A DNA stretch of 61,139 nucleotides from an uncultured Clostridia bacterium (GCA_944391885.1 CALXVE010000002.1:1-61139); one strand, 5' to 3'; shown: positions 18,501-27,569, numbered from the stretch's first letter. Numbers and translations are program-made. The notes: generated from the sequence alone by a model not told the origin.

Positions 18501-20057
18501 GTCGCCAGATGGATTTTTCCAACCATATTTAGTGTTTATTTCACTATCTTCCACAAATTCTAATCCTTCTGGCAAATAGTCTGTTACCTCTGTTGCCCAT
18601 CCATCAAGCTCTCCTTCGTTATATATACGAATTGTATAAACAATTGTATCTCCTGTTTCTATTAATAATGGAGTTTTTGTATGTGTTTTTTCAGCAGTTA
18701 GTGTTCCACCATTTGCTAGATTTTGAAGTGCTTCCTGTGTTATTACTGGCTCTCTGCTATTCTCACCTGTTAACTGTTCTCCATTTATAGAATAAATAAA
18801 TTTTCTTAATGCCAAATCAAATTTTGCATCTACTTTTTCATTCTCGTATTCAATGCTATCTTCAAAAGGGTTATTTATTTTTTCAATTTGCACTACTGGT
18901 TGGTCTGTTCCTGTTGGGTTATCTACTGACCAATAAATTACTTTTGTTGTAAAGTAGTTTCCACTAATTTTAAATGTAATTAAATCTGTATTTATATTTG
19001 AAGGAATAGAAATATAAAAATTCTCTCCAATTAGGTCTTTTATTGTTGTTTCTTCTTCTACTGGTTCTTTGTTAGCATTTAGATACTCAATATCTGTAAT
19101 TTCATTATTATCTCCATCTGTAAAAATAGCTTCTAATGAATAACTAACTTTCTTTAATTCCTCTAGTTTATATGGTCCAACAATAATTCTGTCTCCATCT
19201 GTTTCTGTTTTTATATCTGTATCTACTATTTCTACCGGGTTAGTACTACTACTTTCATTTCTATAATCATAGCTAAAATCTTCTGCTAATGGTGTTTGAG
19301 TTAAATATGCATATAAAGCATCCATAGCATGAATTCTTGCAGCATCTTCATCATCGCTCATATCAAGCGTTTGATAATTTCCATCAACATTTAATACAGC
19401 ATTTATCTTAATAGAAGGATTTCCCTCAACATGATATTCATCATCATTTGTAAAATACCAAATTGCTAATTGCTGAATTGCATCAATATCATCTTCTTTT
19501 AAATTATCTGTTAGTTTGTCATTTATCCAACTAGTATTTTCATACACCCCTGGGTACTTCGCTGCATATTCTTCTACTGCATTTAAAAGAGCTTGCTTAC
19601 TTTCCTCTGCTATCGATTTATCTTCATCTGAAGCATTTGTTTTAGGTTGTACATAGCATTGGTCTAAAACCCACATTAATCTTTCATAGTTTTTACTTTC
19701 TATATCTGGTAAAGCTGCTAGGTATTTTTTTGTTATTTCTTCAGGCTTCTTCATATCAAAATATTCTGTATAATCTGTTGGTACAATATCTTGTCCCATT
19801 TCAGTTGATCCAAATCCTGGTCCGCCTTTAATACAGTAAAATGTTTCGTTAAGATTATTATTTGTATTATATATTTTCCAAATGTATTTTTCTCCGTTAT
19901 TTACTACCTTGTACCCTTGTCCAGAGTTTCTTAATGGCTTTATACTAAGTGTTATTGGAGTAGTGGCTGTCGTAGCATGAACTTCCACAAAACAGCTAAC
20001 TATGGTAAATAATACAAATGTTAGTACAAATAATAAAATTCCCTTTTTAAGTTTCAT
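15585..20057 (-). CDS. cell-surface adhesin with N-terminal thioester (TQxA-type) domain, five DLALRK-type repeat domains and a C-terminal sorting-signal-like tail
   Basis: 1490 aa with a signal peptide. It has FYC(75)IKGG and IQQ(196)LAIWYF, matching the Cys…TQxA[IV]W thioester-domain pattern. There are five ~210-aa modules, each starting FDLALRKF/FDLSLRKW with …YTIR[IV]YNEG…DYLPEGLEF. The tail reads MPSTG + hydrophobic helix + KKFVI. Confidence 0.7.
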   Translation of the reverse strand: MKLKKGILLFVLTFVLFTIVSCFVEVHATTATTPITLSIKPLRNSGQGYKVVNNGEKYIWKIYNTNNNLNETFYCIKGGPGFGSTEMGQDIVPTDYTEYFDMKKPEEITKKYLAALPDIESKNYERLMWVLDQCYVQPKTNASDEDKSIAEESKQALLNAVEEYAAKYPGVYENTSWINDKLTDNLKEDDIDAIQQLAIWYFTNDDEYHVEGNPSIKINAVLNVDGNYQTLDMSDDEDAARIHAMDALYAYLTQTPLAEDFSYDYRNESSSTNPVEIVDTDIKTETDGDRIIVGPYKLEELKKVSYSLEAIFTDGDNNEITDIEYLNANKEPVEEETTIKDLIGENFYISIPSNINTDLITFKISGNYFTTKVIYWSVDNPTGTDQPVVQIEKINNPFEDSIEYENEKVDAKFDLALRKFIYSINGEQLTGENSREPVITQEALQNLANGGTLTAEKTHTKTPLLIETGDTIVYTIRIYNEGELDGWATEVTDYLPEGLEFVEDSEINTKYGWKNPSGDGKTILTDYLASDENKLLAFNKETLELDYIDLQIECKVTAKVGEEDKILKNIAEITEHKDIIGNTIDRDSEPGNVETDPDRYNPQDPTKGMGEQDDDDYEDLILPGKYFDLALRKFIYSVNGNQLTGENSREPVITDEALQALATGGKLTVEKIHTKTPLIIETGDTIVYTIRVYNEGELDGWATEITDYLPEGLEFVENSEINTKFGWKNPSEDGKTVVTDYLASEENKLLAFNKETLELDYIDLQIECKVTAKVGEEDKILKNIAEITEHKDINGNTIDRDSEPDNVETDPEKYNPQDPTKGMGEQDDDDYEDLTIMGKDFDLALRKFISDVTNINGNKVNISNRAPVVDTTPLKDGTSTTAIYNHPKEPVGVSNGDIVTYTIRVYNEGSLDGYVTEITDHLPPQLEFIVDDEINARYGWKVSTDGRTVTTDITSPNTEFSANRDAIYANRDNGSATDKVLLKAFDGTEDSELDYIDVQIRCRVKENIDLYEKITNIAEISGFTDSEGTRITDRDSQEDNATIPSDETLPEYKDPEIESGMEYIPGQQDDDDFEKLVLRRFDLALRKFITGVEFGGTTTEITNRVPIFTQVGENEYVYEHTKEPVQVANGNIVIYTLRIFNEGNVAGYASEVKDDLPEGLEFLPEHAINTAFDWKMYTADGTETENVAEADYIKTDFLSKENETEEGANLIQAFNPETMTMPDYKDLKIAFKVTEPDTSDRILINTAEITDDSDEDGEPIDDVDSTPDNDEDGEDDIDIEKVKVQYFDLSLRKWVTESIVTVNGKTTVTKSGHTAEDDPESPMKVEIPAANIDKTTVKFRFSIRVTNEGEIAGYAKELIDYIPEGLEFVPEDNPEWEVTEDGRVITTQLADTLLEPGESATVEIVLKWINGKDNMGEKVNWAEISQDENEYDSPDIDSTPGNNEKDEDDIDEAPVILMPSTGAAESYVILTLSCIAILAVGLILIKKFVI
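17538..18821 (-). repeat. 2 x 642-bp near-identical tandem duplication inside the adhesin gene
   Basis: Units 18821-18180 and 18179-17538 each encode a 214-aa FDLALRKFIYS…DDDDYEDL module. Long stretches are identical at nucleotide level. Confidence 0.85.
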
Positions 20058-20097
20058 AGTAATATCCTTCCTTTTTTACCTATTAATATTATTATAT

Positions 20098-20126
20098 ATT
20101 TTACTTTCGTTCTTTTCACTTGTCAA
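20098..20126 (-). promoter_or_regulatory. sigma-A type promoter of the 1490-aa adhesin gene
   Basis: Minus strand: TTGACA (20126-20121), 17 nt spacer, TAAAAT (20103-20098), about 40 nt before the ATG at 20057. Confidence 0.5.
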
Positions 20127-20350
20127 TAGCAGTATTTTCCTGTTTTTCTTATGTTTAAATTTATCAAATTTAGGGTATTACGGAAGTTTGGTTTTCAAGT
20201 TTTTGTTTTCCAAAATACCCATATATTACAATTATATTACATTTTTGTCACATTTTCAAGATTTTATAGGTATAAAAGTAAGTTTTCTCTTGTATCCCTA
20301 GGATTTTAAGTGTGTACTTTACATAAATTTGTCATATTTAATTATATAAA

Positions 20351-20516
20351 ACAATTGTCTATTTATATTATAACGTTGGTCCTTGCTGTCGCCTTCCATC
20401 CCCATGTCAAAAATATTTATAATATTTTGACTTAAGTTAAGTAGTTGGAAGGCTCTAGAACTACACTAACGCTCCGCCTGCGCGTATTGCACTTATATAA
20501 TATAAATAGACAATTT
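20351..20516 (-). mobile_element. MITE-like element, copy 1 (about 165 bp, terminal inverted repeats, no ORF)
   Basis: Termini are ACAATTGTCTATTTATATTATA … TATAATATAAATAGACAATT. The GC-richer core is about 90% identical to the reverse complement of 23585-23750 and includes the central palindrome GTCAAAAATATTTATAATATTTTGAC. Confidence 0.7.
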
Positions 20517-20543
20517 TAATAATATTTCATTATGAAATTGGGA

Positions 20544-20583
20544 TTTAAAAATAATGTGCACCTTGATAAAAGTGCACATTATT
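20544..20583 (-). terminator. intrinsic terminator after the histidine kinase gene
   Basis: Minus strand: AATAATGTGCAC-ttttatcaag-GTGCACATTATT followed by TTTAAAT. Confidence 0.5.
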
Positions 20584-20586
20584 TTA

Positions 20587-22653
20587 TTAGTTTTCGACTG
20601 ATCTATCTTCCAATAAGTAAAATCCCAATGTTACCTTAAATAAATCCCCATCTAAGTATATGTGGAATTTTCCGCCTTGAAGTTCTGTTAGGCTTGAAGC
20701 AATTGAAAGTCCAAGTCCGCTTCCTTCAGTGTTTCTAGCACTATCACCTCTCACAAATCTTTGCATTAATTCATCTGCTGAAATATTTAATTCTTCTTTA
20801 GAAATATTTTTCATTTGAATTACTACACTGTTTTTGTTTGATATAACATCAACATATACCCTTGTATTTTCTAAAGCATATTTTGAAGCATTGGAATATA
20901 GATTTTCTAAAACTCTATATATATACCTTCCATCTGCTTTAATATAAATTGGTTCTTCTGGTAATGTCATTACTTCCTCCAAGTTTCGTGCTTTAAATTT
21001 ATCTTCAAACTCGCCAGAAACTTGTTTTACTAATTCTTTAACCTCAATTTTTTCCATTTTAAGTTTTATATTTCCCGAAGACGCTTTAGAAGCTTCCACT
21101 AAATCTTCTGTTAGTTTTTTTAGTCTTTGAGATTTATTATCAAGTATCATTAAATATTCTGTTGCCTTCTCATTTGGCATTTTTTCCTTTTTTAATAAAT
21201 CCACATAATTAATAATAGAAGTAAGTGGTGTTTTAATATCATGTGATACATTTGTTATTAATTCTGTTTTCAATCTTTCACTTTTTAAGCTTTCATTTAC
21301 AGCATTTGATAGCCCACCTGCTATATCTTCAATATAGATTCCAAGCTGTTTTAGCACTCCTGTTAGTTCATTTTCATTAAGCTTTATATTTGTATTTCCT
21401 TCATAAATGGCCTTTATTGCATTTTGAATAGTGTTAAACTGTTTTATTTTTCTGAATAAAAAGCAAAATGTTGCTATTCCTAATGACACAAGTGCCACGA
21501 ACCAGAAAAGTGAACCACCTGCCGAATATGAACCTACTATACCAAATGTAGCTATAAATCCAACTGCACAAAATCCCCAATATGCAAGTGTTAATTTTGT
21601 AGCAATTTTTCTATTATCTATTAAAGTTTTAATTCCATGCCCTATCATATATAAAAGTGTAGTTTTCCATAGAGTATGTGTTTTCATCCTTTTTACTACA
21701 GTTTCTAATAACAGAATTGCTCCTAAATAGCTTATAATTGTCCCTATTGTAACACCACTAAATATAACTGCCCTAAGTTCTGATTTCAATGCCACAAAGA
21801 ATATCATGCTAAAACCAATTATACAAGATCCTATAAAAAAGGCAATTTCTAGTGGTATTTTATCAAATCCATTTAAGTGAATTCCTGGGCCTTTTCCTTT
21901 TTTACCAATACCATTTAATATAATTAACCCCAATGCTAATAGTGTAGCAATACATAGTGGTATTAAAATTGGTGCCAATGTATTTGCTCTCATAGATAAG
22001 TCATAAGCAAATTTTGACATTGCATAATCATCTCTATATGGCAAATCTTCTACTAATGATGTGTATATTTCTTTAATATTTGAACTGCTTATTTCTTCAT
22101 ATTGGCTGGTATATCTTATTTCTTCCATACTTAAATATGAAATATTGGTATCTATATTTCCGTTTTTAAAGTTCCAATATGTTGGATTTTCTGCTATAAT
22201 TCCCTTAATTTCATCTATTGTATCTGTTCTCATTGTATGCTCTAGGTTAGTAACAGCAATCCTATTTTCATAATCTATCATTAGATATTTAAAATTAGAA
22301 TTATTATCTGTTTTGTACCAAATAATCCCAGTGCCACCATTAATTTGCACATTTTCCTGTATGTCATATCCATATGAGCGCATATCTATCATATCACTTT
22401 GAGAATTGTTTTGCTCTTCGTTACCTTCCTCTTTTAAAAATGTTGGAATATATGTGTTTGCATATATTGACGATAGATAGTTATTTGAAAATATCTTGGT
22501 ATCATAATAATTGCTTGTATTTTCCAGCTCTATTTCTGTATCCATTATTATTAGTCCTGCTATGCATGCAATTAGGATAAGACCAAATATTGGTGCAATA
22601 AAATAGCATATATTTTTGCTTACCCTTGCTAAACTAATTTTACTTTCTTTCAT
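20587..22653 (-). CDS. sensor histidine kinase (HisKA + HATPase_c) with a large N-terminal extracytoplasmic domain and multi-TM region
   Basis: 688 aa. H-box VSHDIKTPLTSIINYVDLL and G-boxes …NTEGSGLGLSIA. It has one N-terminal TM, a ~190-aa external segment, then several TMs. The start overlaps the regulator gene by 4 nt. Confidence 0.8.
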   Translation of the reverse strand: MKESKISLARVSKNICYFIAPIFGLILIACIAGLIIMDTEIELENTSNYYDTKIFSNNYLSSIYANTYIPTFLKEEGNEEQNNSQSDMIDMRSYGYDIQENVQINGGTGIIWYKTDNNSNFKYLMIDYENRIAVTNLEHTMRTDTIDEIKGIIAENPTYWNFKNGNIDTNISYLSMEEIRYTSQYEEISSSNIKEIYTSLVEDLPYRDDYAMSKFAYDLSMRANTLAPILIPLCIATLLALGLIILNGIGKKGKGPGIHLNGFDKIPLEIAFFIGSCIIGFSMIFFVALKSELRAVIFSGVTIGTIISYLGAILLLETVVKRMKTHTLWKTTLLYMIGHGIKTLIDNRKIATKLTLAYWGFCAVGFIATFGIVGSYSAGGSLFWFVALVSLGIATFCFLFRKIKQFNTIQNAIKAIYEGNTNIKLNENELTGVLKQLGIYIEDIAGGLSNAVNESLKSERLKTELITNVSHDIKTPLTSIINYVDLLKKEKMPNEKATEYLMILDNKSQRLKKLTEDLVEASKASSGNIKLKMEKIEVKELVKQVSGEFEDKFKARNLEEVMTLPEEPIYIKADGRYIYRVLENLYSNASKYALENTRVYVDVISNKNSVVIQMKNISKEELNISADELMQRFVRGDSARNTEGSGLGLSIASSLTELQGGKFHIYLDGDLFKVTLGFYLLEDRSVEN

Positions 22654-23378
22654 TTAGCGCTTTTCTCCTTTTCATCTAAATTTTCAATTTTATAACCAAC
22701 TCCCCAAATTACTTTTAGGTATTTTGGCTCTCTTGGGTTTATTTCTATTTTTTCTCTAATGTGCCTTATATGTACAGCAATTATATTTTCTGCACCATAG
22801 CTTTCTTCTTCCCATACATTTTCATATATTTGTTCAATTGAATACACAATTCCTTTGTTCTTAGTCAAAAATTTTAAAATATTGTATTCTGTAGGGGTTA
22901 GTTTTATCTCTTTTCCCTCTACTTCTACTTGTTTTGTATTGTCATTAATTATTAAGTCACCTGAGTGATAAACATTGTTTCCTTTTTCCATTTTATCTGC
23001 AATTGAACCCAAAGAAGTATATCTACGAATTTGTGAGTTTACCCTTGCAATTAACTCTAATGGGTTAAATGGTTTTGTAATGTAGTCATCTGCACCATTA
23101 TTTAGTCCTGTGATTTTGTCATAATCTTCTGATTTAGCAGATAGCATTATAATTGGAACTTTTTTATCCTTTCTTATCAAGTTTGCTGTACTAATTCCAT
23201 CTAATTTTGGCATCATAATATCTAATAATATTAAGTGAATATCATCATTTTCCTTAACAATTTTAAGGGCTTCCATGCCATTATATGCTTTTAAAACATT
23301 ATAACCTTCCTTAGTTAAATAAATTTCAATTGCATTTACAATCTCCTTATCATCATCTACTACTAAAATGTTATACAT
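22650..23378 (-). CDS. OmpR/PhoB-family response regulator
   Basis: 242 aa. Receiver (VVDDD…LLDIMMPKLDG…SAK) plus a winged-helix C-terminus (…LTPTEYNILKFL…VWGVGYK). Confidence 0.85.
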   Translation of the reverse strand: MYNILVVDDDKEIVNAIEIYLTKEGYNVLKAYNGMEALKIVKENDDIHLILLDIMMPKLDGISTANLIRKDKKVPIIMLSAKSEDYDKITGLNNGADDYITKPFNPLELIARVNSQIRRYTSLGSIADKMEKGNNVYHSGDLIINDNTKQVEVEGKEIKLTPTEYNILKFLTKNKGIVYSIEQIYENVWEEESYGAENIIAVHIRHIREKIEINPREPKYLKVIWGVGYKIENLDEKEKSAK

Positions 23379-23584
23379 ATGCTACTCCTTTATTTTTTAA
23401 CTTCCCTTTTATTATATCATTTTTGACACAATTAGTATAGCATGAATTTATTAAGAAAAAAGTTATTAAATTATTAATATTTCCTTAAAATGAACAATAA
23501 GTTCTAAAAAGTCAAATGTGCTTATGATTTTTTAGAACTTATCAATCTCTTTGTCCTTATCTATATCTAATTATACAAAATAGA

Positions 23585-23750
23585 AATTCCCACAATTGTA
23601 TTATATAAGTGCAGGCCGCGCAGGCGGAGCGTTAGCGTAGTTCTAGAGCCTTCCAACCACTTAACCCAAGTCAAAAATATTTATAATATTTTTGACATTG
23701 GGATGGAAGGCGACAGCAAGGACAAACGTTATAATACAATTGTGGGAATT
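23585..23750 (+). mobile_element. MITE-like element, copy 2 (inverted relative to copy 1)
   Basis: Termini are AATTCCCACAATTGTATTATA … TATAATACAATTGTGGGAATT. The core contains GCAGGCGGAGCGTTAGCGTAGTTCTAGAGCCTTCCAACC…GGAAGGCGACAGCAAGGAC and the palindrome GTCAAAAATATTTATAATATTTTTGAC. Confidence 0.7.
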
Positions 23751-23812
23751 TTTCTGACCTGTCCCAAATTACCCTAAAATGGGTAAAAAGGGACTGTCCC
23801 TAATTTCGGGAA
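23751..23812. repeat. GTCCC/GGGAC hairpin module adjoining MITE copy 2
   Basis: Sequence: GTCCCaaaTTACCCtaaaatGGGTAAaaaGGGACTGTCCCtaat. The 11-mer GGGACTGTCCC lies at 23790-23800. The AI-2E gene's stop codon (23800-23802) lies inside it. Confidence 0.65.
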
Positions 23813-24915
23813 TCCACATATTCTTCTATTAATAATTTAATTACTGTGAATATTGGTACAGCTAGGAACATACCCAATACGCCAAAATATGCTCCACCAA
23901 TAGTTACTGCAAAGATTACCAAAAGTGGGCTAATTGATAATGAATTTCCTATAATTTTTGGATTTATAATATTTGCATCTATTTGTTGAAGTATGATTAC
24001 TATTACTGCCATTAGAATTGCTTGACCTAATCCGCCTGTAAATATTGTAACAATTATTGCAATTATTACCGCAATAATTGCACCAAAATATGGAATCAGG
24101 TTAAATAAGCCTATCATAAAGCCTAATAATACAGAATATTTTACACCTATAATTGACATTGCAATAGATGTTAAAACTCCAATCACAAATGCATCTAGCA
24201 CTTGCCCACCTATAAAGTTAAAAAATACTTCATTTGATTTATTAAAATATTTTGCCACCATTTTATATGTATCTTTAGTAAATATTGCGCGTGCTAATTT
24301 CTTAAAGAAAGCTAGTATTCTGCTTCTTCCTGCTAATAAATATATGGAAACTATGAAAGATACAAATATATTAAACACACTATTTACAACATTTATAGCA
24401 CCTTTTACATATTCTGTTAATCTTTCCATATTTAAATATTGTTTTAAATCAATATTTTGTATGCTTTGGATTAAATCTTTTATAACTTCATTTTTCCAAA
24501 CTGAATCCTCTGGCAAAGCATTATAGTTTTCCAATGTTGAGTTATAGTAACTTCCAAAATTATTAATAAAATCTGTAATACTTCTAGTTATATTTGGAAT
24601 AACAAAATTTAAAGCTATAATTACTAATAATATTGCAATAATATACACTGTAATAATAGACAATCCTCTTGCTCTTTTTGCTATTATTTTAGGTTTTTTT
24701 ACTTTTCTATATGCACTTTCAACTTTTCTACAAGGAATATAAAATAAATATGCAATTAACACACCCATAATAAATGGCATTAATACATTAAATAGATTAG
24801 AAAACCATTCACCAATTTCTGTAAAATTATCCAATAATTTATAAACTAGAATAATTGCTAAGCCTAGGCTAAACCAATAAAGCCATTTGCTAAAGCCTTT
24901 TTTCTTTTCTTCCAT
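23800..24915 (-). CDS. AI-2E family transporter (PerM/UPF0118)
   Basis: 371 aa, polytopic. The conserved C-terminal half …LIPYFGAIIAVI…NPKIIGNSL.ISPLLVIF… is typical of AI-2E/UPF0118 permeases. Confidence 0.75.
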   Translation of the reverse strand: MEEKKKGFSKWLYWFSLGLAIILVYKLLDNFTEIGEWFSNLFNVLMPFIMGVLIAYLFYIPCRKVESAYRKVKKPKIIAKRARGLSIITVYIIAILLVIIALNFVIPNITRSITDFINNFGSYYNSTLENYNALPEDSVWKNEVIKDLIQSIQNIDLKQYLNMERLTEYVKGAINVVNSVFNIFVSFIVSIYLLAGRSRILAFFKKLARAIFTKDTYKMVAKYFNKSNEVFFNFIGGQVLDAFVIGVLTSIAMSIIGVKYSVLLGFMIGLFNLIPYFGAIIAVIIAIIVTIFTGGLGQAILMAVIVIILQQIDANIINPKIIGNSLSISPLLVIFAVTIGGAYFGVLGMFLAVPIFTVIKLLIEEYVDSRN

Positions 24916-24933
24916 ATTTTTCTCCTTTTTTAG

Positions 24934-25695
24934 TTAAATTATTAAACCCACTGGGCAATGGTCACTACCTAATACTTTATCATATATTGTACTTTCTTTT
25001 ATTTCACCTTCAATTGATTTTGATACTATAAAATAATCAATTCTCCAACCAACATTTTTTTCTCTTGCATGGAACATGTATGACCACCAAGTGTAACAAT
25101 CTTCTTTTTCTGGGTATAAATATCTAAAACTATCTGTAAAACCTGCAGATAATAATTCTGTCATTTTTCTTCTTTCTTCATCTGTGAACCCTGCATTTCT
25201 ATGATTTGTTTTGGGATTTTTCAAATCTATTTCTTCGTGTGCCACATTAAAATCTCCACAATATATTACAGGCTTTATTTTGTCCAAAGATACTAAATAT
25301 TCTCGTATTTCATCTTCCCATTTCATACGATAATCCAATCTTTCTAACTCTCTTTTTGAATTTGGTGTATAGCAATTTACTAAATAAAATTTTTCAAATT
25401 CTAGTGTGATTATTCTTCCTTCTTGGTCGTGCTCTTCTTTGCCGATTCCATATGTTACATTAATTGGTTTTACTTTAGTAAATACTGCTGTTCCAGAATA
25501 TCCTTTTTTTACAGCACTATTCCAATAGCTGTAATAGCCACTAAAAACACTTTGTATTTCCAAATCTATTTGGTCTTCTTGCATTTTAGTTTCTTGTATG
25601 CAAAATATGTCACTATCAATTTCCTTAAAAAAATCTTTAAATCCTTTTTTTAATACTGCTCTTAATCCATTTACGTTCCAAGATATTAGTTTCAT
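24934..25695 (-). CDS. xth: exodeoxyribonuclease III
   Basis: 253 aa: MKLISWNVNGLRA…CIQETK…GDFNVAH…LGSDHCPV, the ExoIII/APE1 family signatures. Confidence 0.85.
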   Translation of the reverse strand: MKLISWNVNGLRAVLKKGFKDFFKEIDSDIFCIQETKMQEDQIDLEIQSVFSGYYSYWNSAVKKGYSGTAVFTKVKPINVTYGIGKEEHDQEGRIITLEFEKFYLVNCYTPNSKRELERLDYRMKWEDEIREYLVSLDKIKPVIYCGDFNVAHEEIDLKNPKTNHRNAGFTDEERRKMTELLSAGFTDSFRYLYPEKEDCYTWWSYMFHAREKNVGWRIDYFIVSKSIEGEIKESTIYDKVLGSDHCPVGLII

Positions 25696-25717
25696 TTTTT
25701 CCTCCGATTATATATTT

Positions 25718-25751
25718 TAAAAAAAAGCTTCCGATACCCGGAAGCTTTTTT
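25718..25751 (-). terminator. intrinsic terminator after the cell-wall hydrolase gene
   Basis: Minus strand: AAAAAGCTTCCG-ggtat-CGGAAGCTTTTTTTT. Confidence 0.65.
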
Positions 25752-25754
25752 ATA

Positions 25755-26759
25755 TTACATAGCATTAAAATATACGTTACCACCTATATTTACACCTGAT
25801 GCACAACCAGCAGCACGGAATGATAAGTAATTGTGGTTTCTTTTACCATTTAAAGCATCTATTACTGCTTGCTTAACAGCAGATGAATAATTTCCGTTTA
25901 ATCTCTTTTTCCAGTGTGTATCTATTGAATAACAGAACTGACCTTTTGCCATGTATTGGCTTAATGGGTCTTTACCATTATATGCCCATTTGCTACTTTC
26001 TGCCCTGTTACATGCACAAGTTATAACTGCTAATGCACCATTATAACTTGAGCCACACTCTTGAGCTGTAATAGCACATAATAAGTCTAATTCTTCATCT
26101 GAATAACTCCACTTTCCTGCATAAGTAATTCTTGTTGAACCTCTTGAAGTTACCTGTTGCTTATTTCTAACTTCTACAATTTTATCAACTGGTTTTTTAA
26201 TAATTTTAGAAGAAATTTCTGTTTTTTCTATTTCTTTATCATTTTGATATTTTACTTTATAAGTAACTTCTTTTAGACCATCTACACCATATTGTACAAT
26301 TCTATCTTGTTTTGCTCCAGAACCAGTTGCAACGTTTTTAGTAATTGTTTCATATGGGATTTTTACTTTTTCTACAACTATTTTTTCAACAATTGTATCA
26401 TAGCTTGCTAATATTTCTTCTGCTGTAATATCATCTGAAGTCTCAATTGTTTCTGCAACTTCAATTTCTTCTTCTGATAATTTTGAAATTTTAATTGTTT
26501 TATTATCTGGTAACTCAGATTCTAAATCTGGTACTACTTTTTCGTCATCTAATAAAATAATGTGGTTTTCATCAAGTATTTCTGAAATAGTTGTTTTGCT
26601 TGTTACAACGTTCATTTCATATCCACTAGCTAAAACTATTTTTACATTTTTAAATGTAACATTTCCGGCTGTTACTGTAGCCATCATAATGAAAATAAAA
26701 ATTAAGCTAATGCATAGAATTTTTTTCAGCGATATTGATGCTTTATCATCATTTTTCAT
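25755..26759 (-). CDS. secreted DUF348/G5-domain protein with C-terminal SleB/CwlJ-type cell-wall hydrolase domain
   Basis: The ORF track starts at 26837. The start MKNDDK (ATG 26759) follows aaggaggg. It has a TM anchor and a G5-like segment (…DRIVQYGVDGLKEVTYKVKYQNDKEIEK…). The C-terminus …AITAQECGSSYNGALAVITCACNR…GQFCYS is Hydrolase_2-like. Confidence 0.55.
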   Translation of the reverse strand: MKNDDKASISLKKILCISLIFIFIMMATVTAGNVTFKNVKIVLASGYEMNVVTSKTTISEILDENHIILLDDEKVVPDLESELPDNKTIKISKLSEEEIEVAETIETSDDITAEEILASYDTIVEKIVVEKVKIPYETITKNVATGSGAKQDRIVQYGVDGLKEVTYKVKYQNDKEIEKTEISSKIIKKPVDKIVEVRNKQQVTSRGSTRITYAGKWSYSDEELDLLCAITAQECGSSYNGALAVITCACNRAESSKWAYNGKDPLSQYMAKGQFCYSIDTHWKKRLNGNYSSAVKQAVIDALNGKRNHNYLSFRAAGCASGVNIGGNVYFNAM

Positions 26760-27007
26760 AAGATATTTGTTCCCTCCTTTAAAAGCAACAATTGTATTAT
26801 ACCATTTTTTAGAAGGTTTGTCAAATTTTTGTAACATTCTTGTAATGCTACGGCCAGTTGCTTTTCAAGATTTGGGTGTTTTTTTAAGCTTTTGTAAATC
26901 CCCATATTACATTATATGCGAGCTTGTACAAGAATATGCTTTTTTTGTTGTATTTTTTTCATAAATATGATATTATTGGATAAACTATTAACAAAGGAGT
27001 GAATAAT

Positions 27008-27565
27008 ATGTGGTGGATTATTCTTATAGCTATTGTTGTTGTTTTAATTATCGCAGTTATTGCTATTTACAATAATTTAGTAACATTAAGGCAACGTGTA
27101 AAAAATGGTTGGAGCCAAATTGATGTGCAACTTCAAAGAAGATTTGATTTAATTCCAAATTTAGTTGAAACTGTAAAAGGCTATATGACACATGAAAATG
27201 AAACTTTTGAAAAAATTGCTGAACTTCGTAGCGCTTGGGCAAATGCTAATTCTATAGATGAAAAGGCACTTTTAGATAATCAATTATCTGATACTTTAAA
27301 ATCTATTATGGCACTTGCTGAAAATTATCCAGATTTAAAGGCTAACCAAAACTTTATGGCATTACAACAAGAATTAAGCAATACTGAGGATAAAATCTCA
27401 TATTCCAGGCAATTTTACAATGATACTGTTACACGCTATAACACAAAATTAGAACTATTTCCTTCTAATTTTATAGCTTCTATTTTCCATTTTGAGGCAG
27501 AACCTCTATTTGAAGTAGAAGAAACGGCAGCTAGAAAAAATGTTAAAGTAGATTTTAATAAGTAA
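27008..27565 (+). CDS. lemA: LemA family protein
   Basis: N-terminal TM then [38 protein letters not shown]…, the classic LemA sequence. The ATG at 27008 follows aaaggag (track ORF starts at a GTG at 26999). Confidence 0.85.
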   Translation: MWWIILIAIVVVLIIAVIAIYNNLVTLRQRVKNGWSQIDVQLQRRFDLIPNLVETVKGYMTHENETFEKIAELRSAWANANSIDEKALLDNQLSDTLKSIMALAENYPDLKANQNFMALQQELSNTEDKISYSRQFYNDTVTRYNTKLELFPSNFIASIFHFEAEPLFEVEETAARKNVKVDFNK

Positions 27566-27569
27566 AGTA

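Noticed and set aside
20173-20220. Invertible promoter (inverton) upstream of the adhesin gene
   Set aside because: The 13-nt imperfect inverted repeat (GGGTATTACGGAA / TTCCAAAATACCC) encloses only 22 nt, too short to carry a promoter. The recognisable promoter (20098-20126) lies outside it. No recombinase is nearby. It may still be an operator.
20351-23750. CRISPR array (repeats with palindromic cores)
   Set aside because: There are only two to three copies, kilobases apart, in mixed orientation, and about 165 bp long with terminal inverted repeats. There is no repeat-spacer periodicity and there are no cas genes. The heptamer arrays have no spacers at all.
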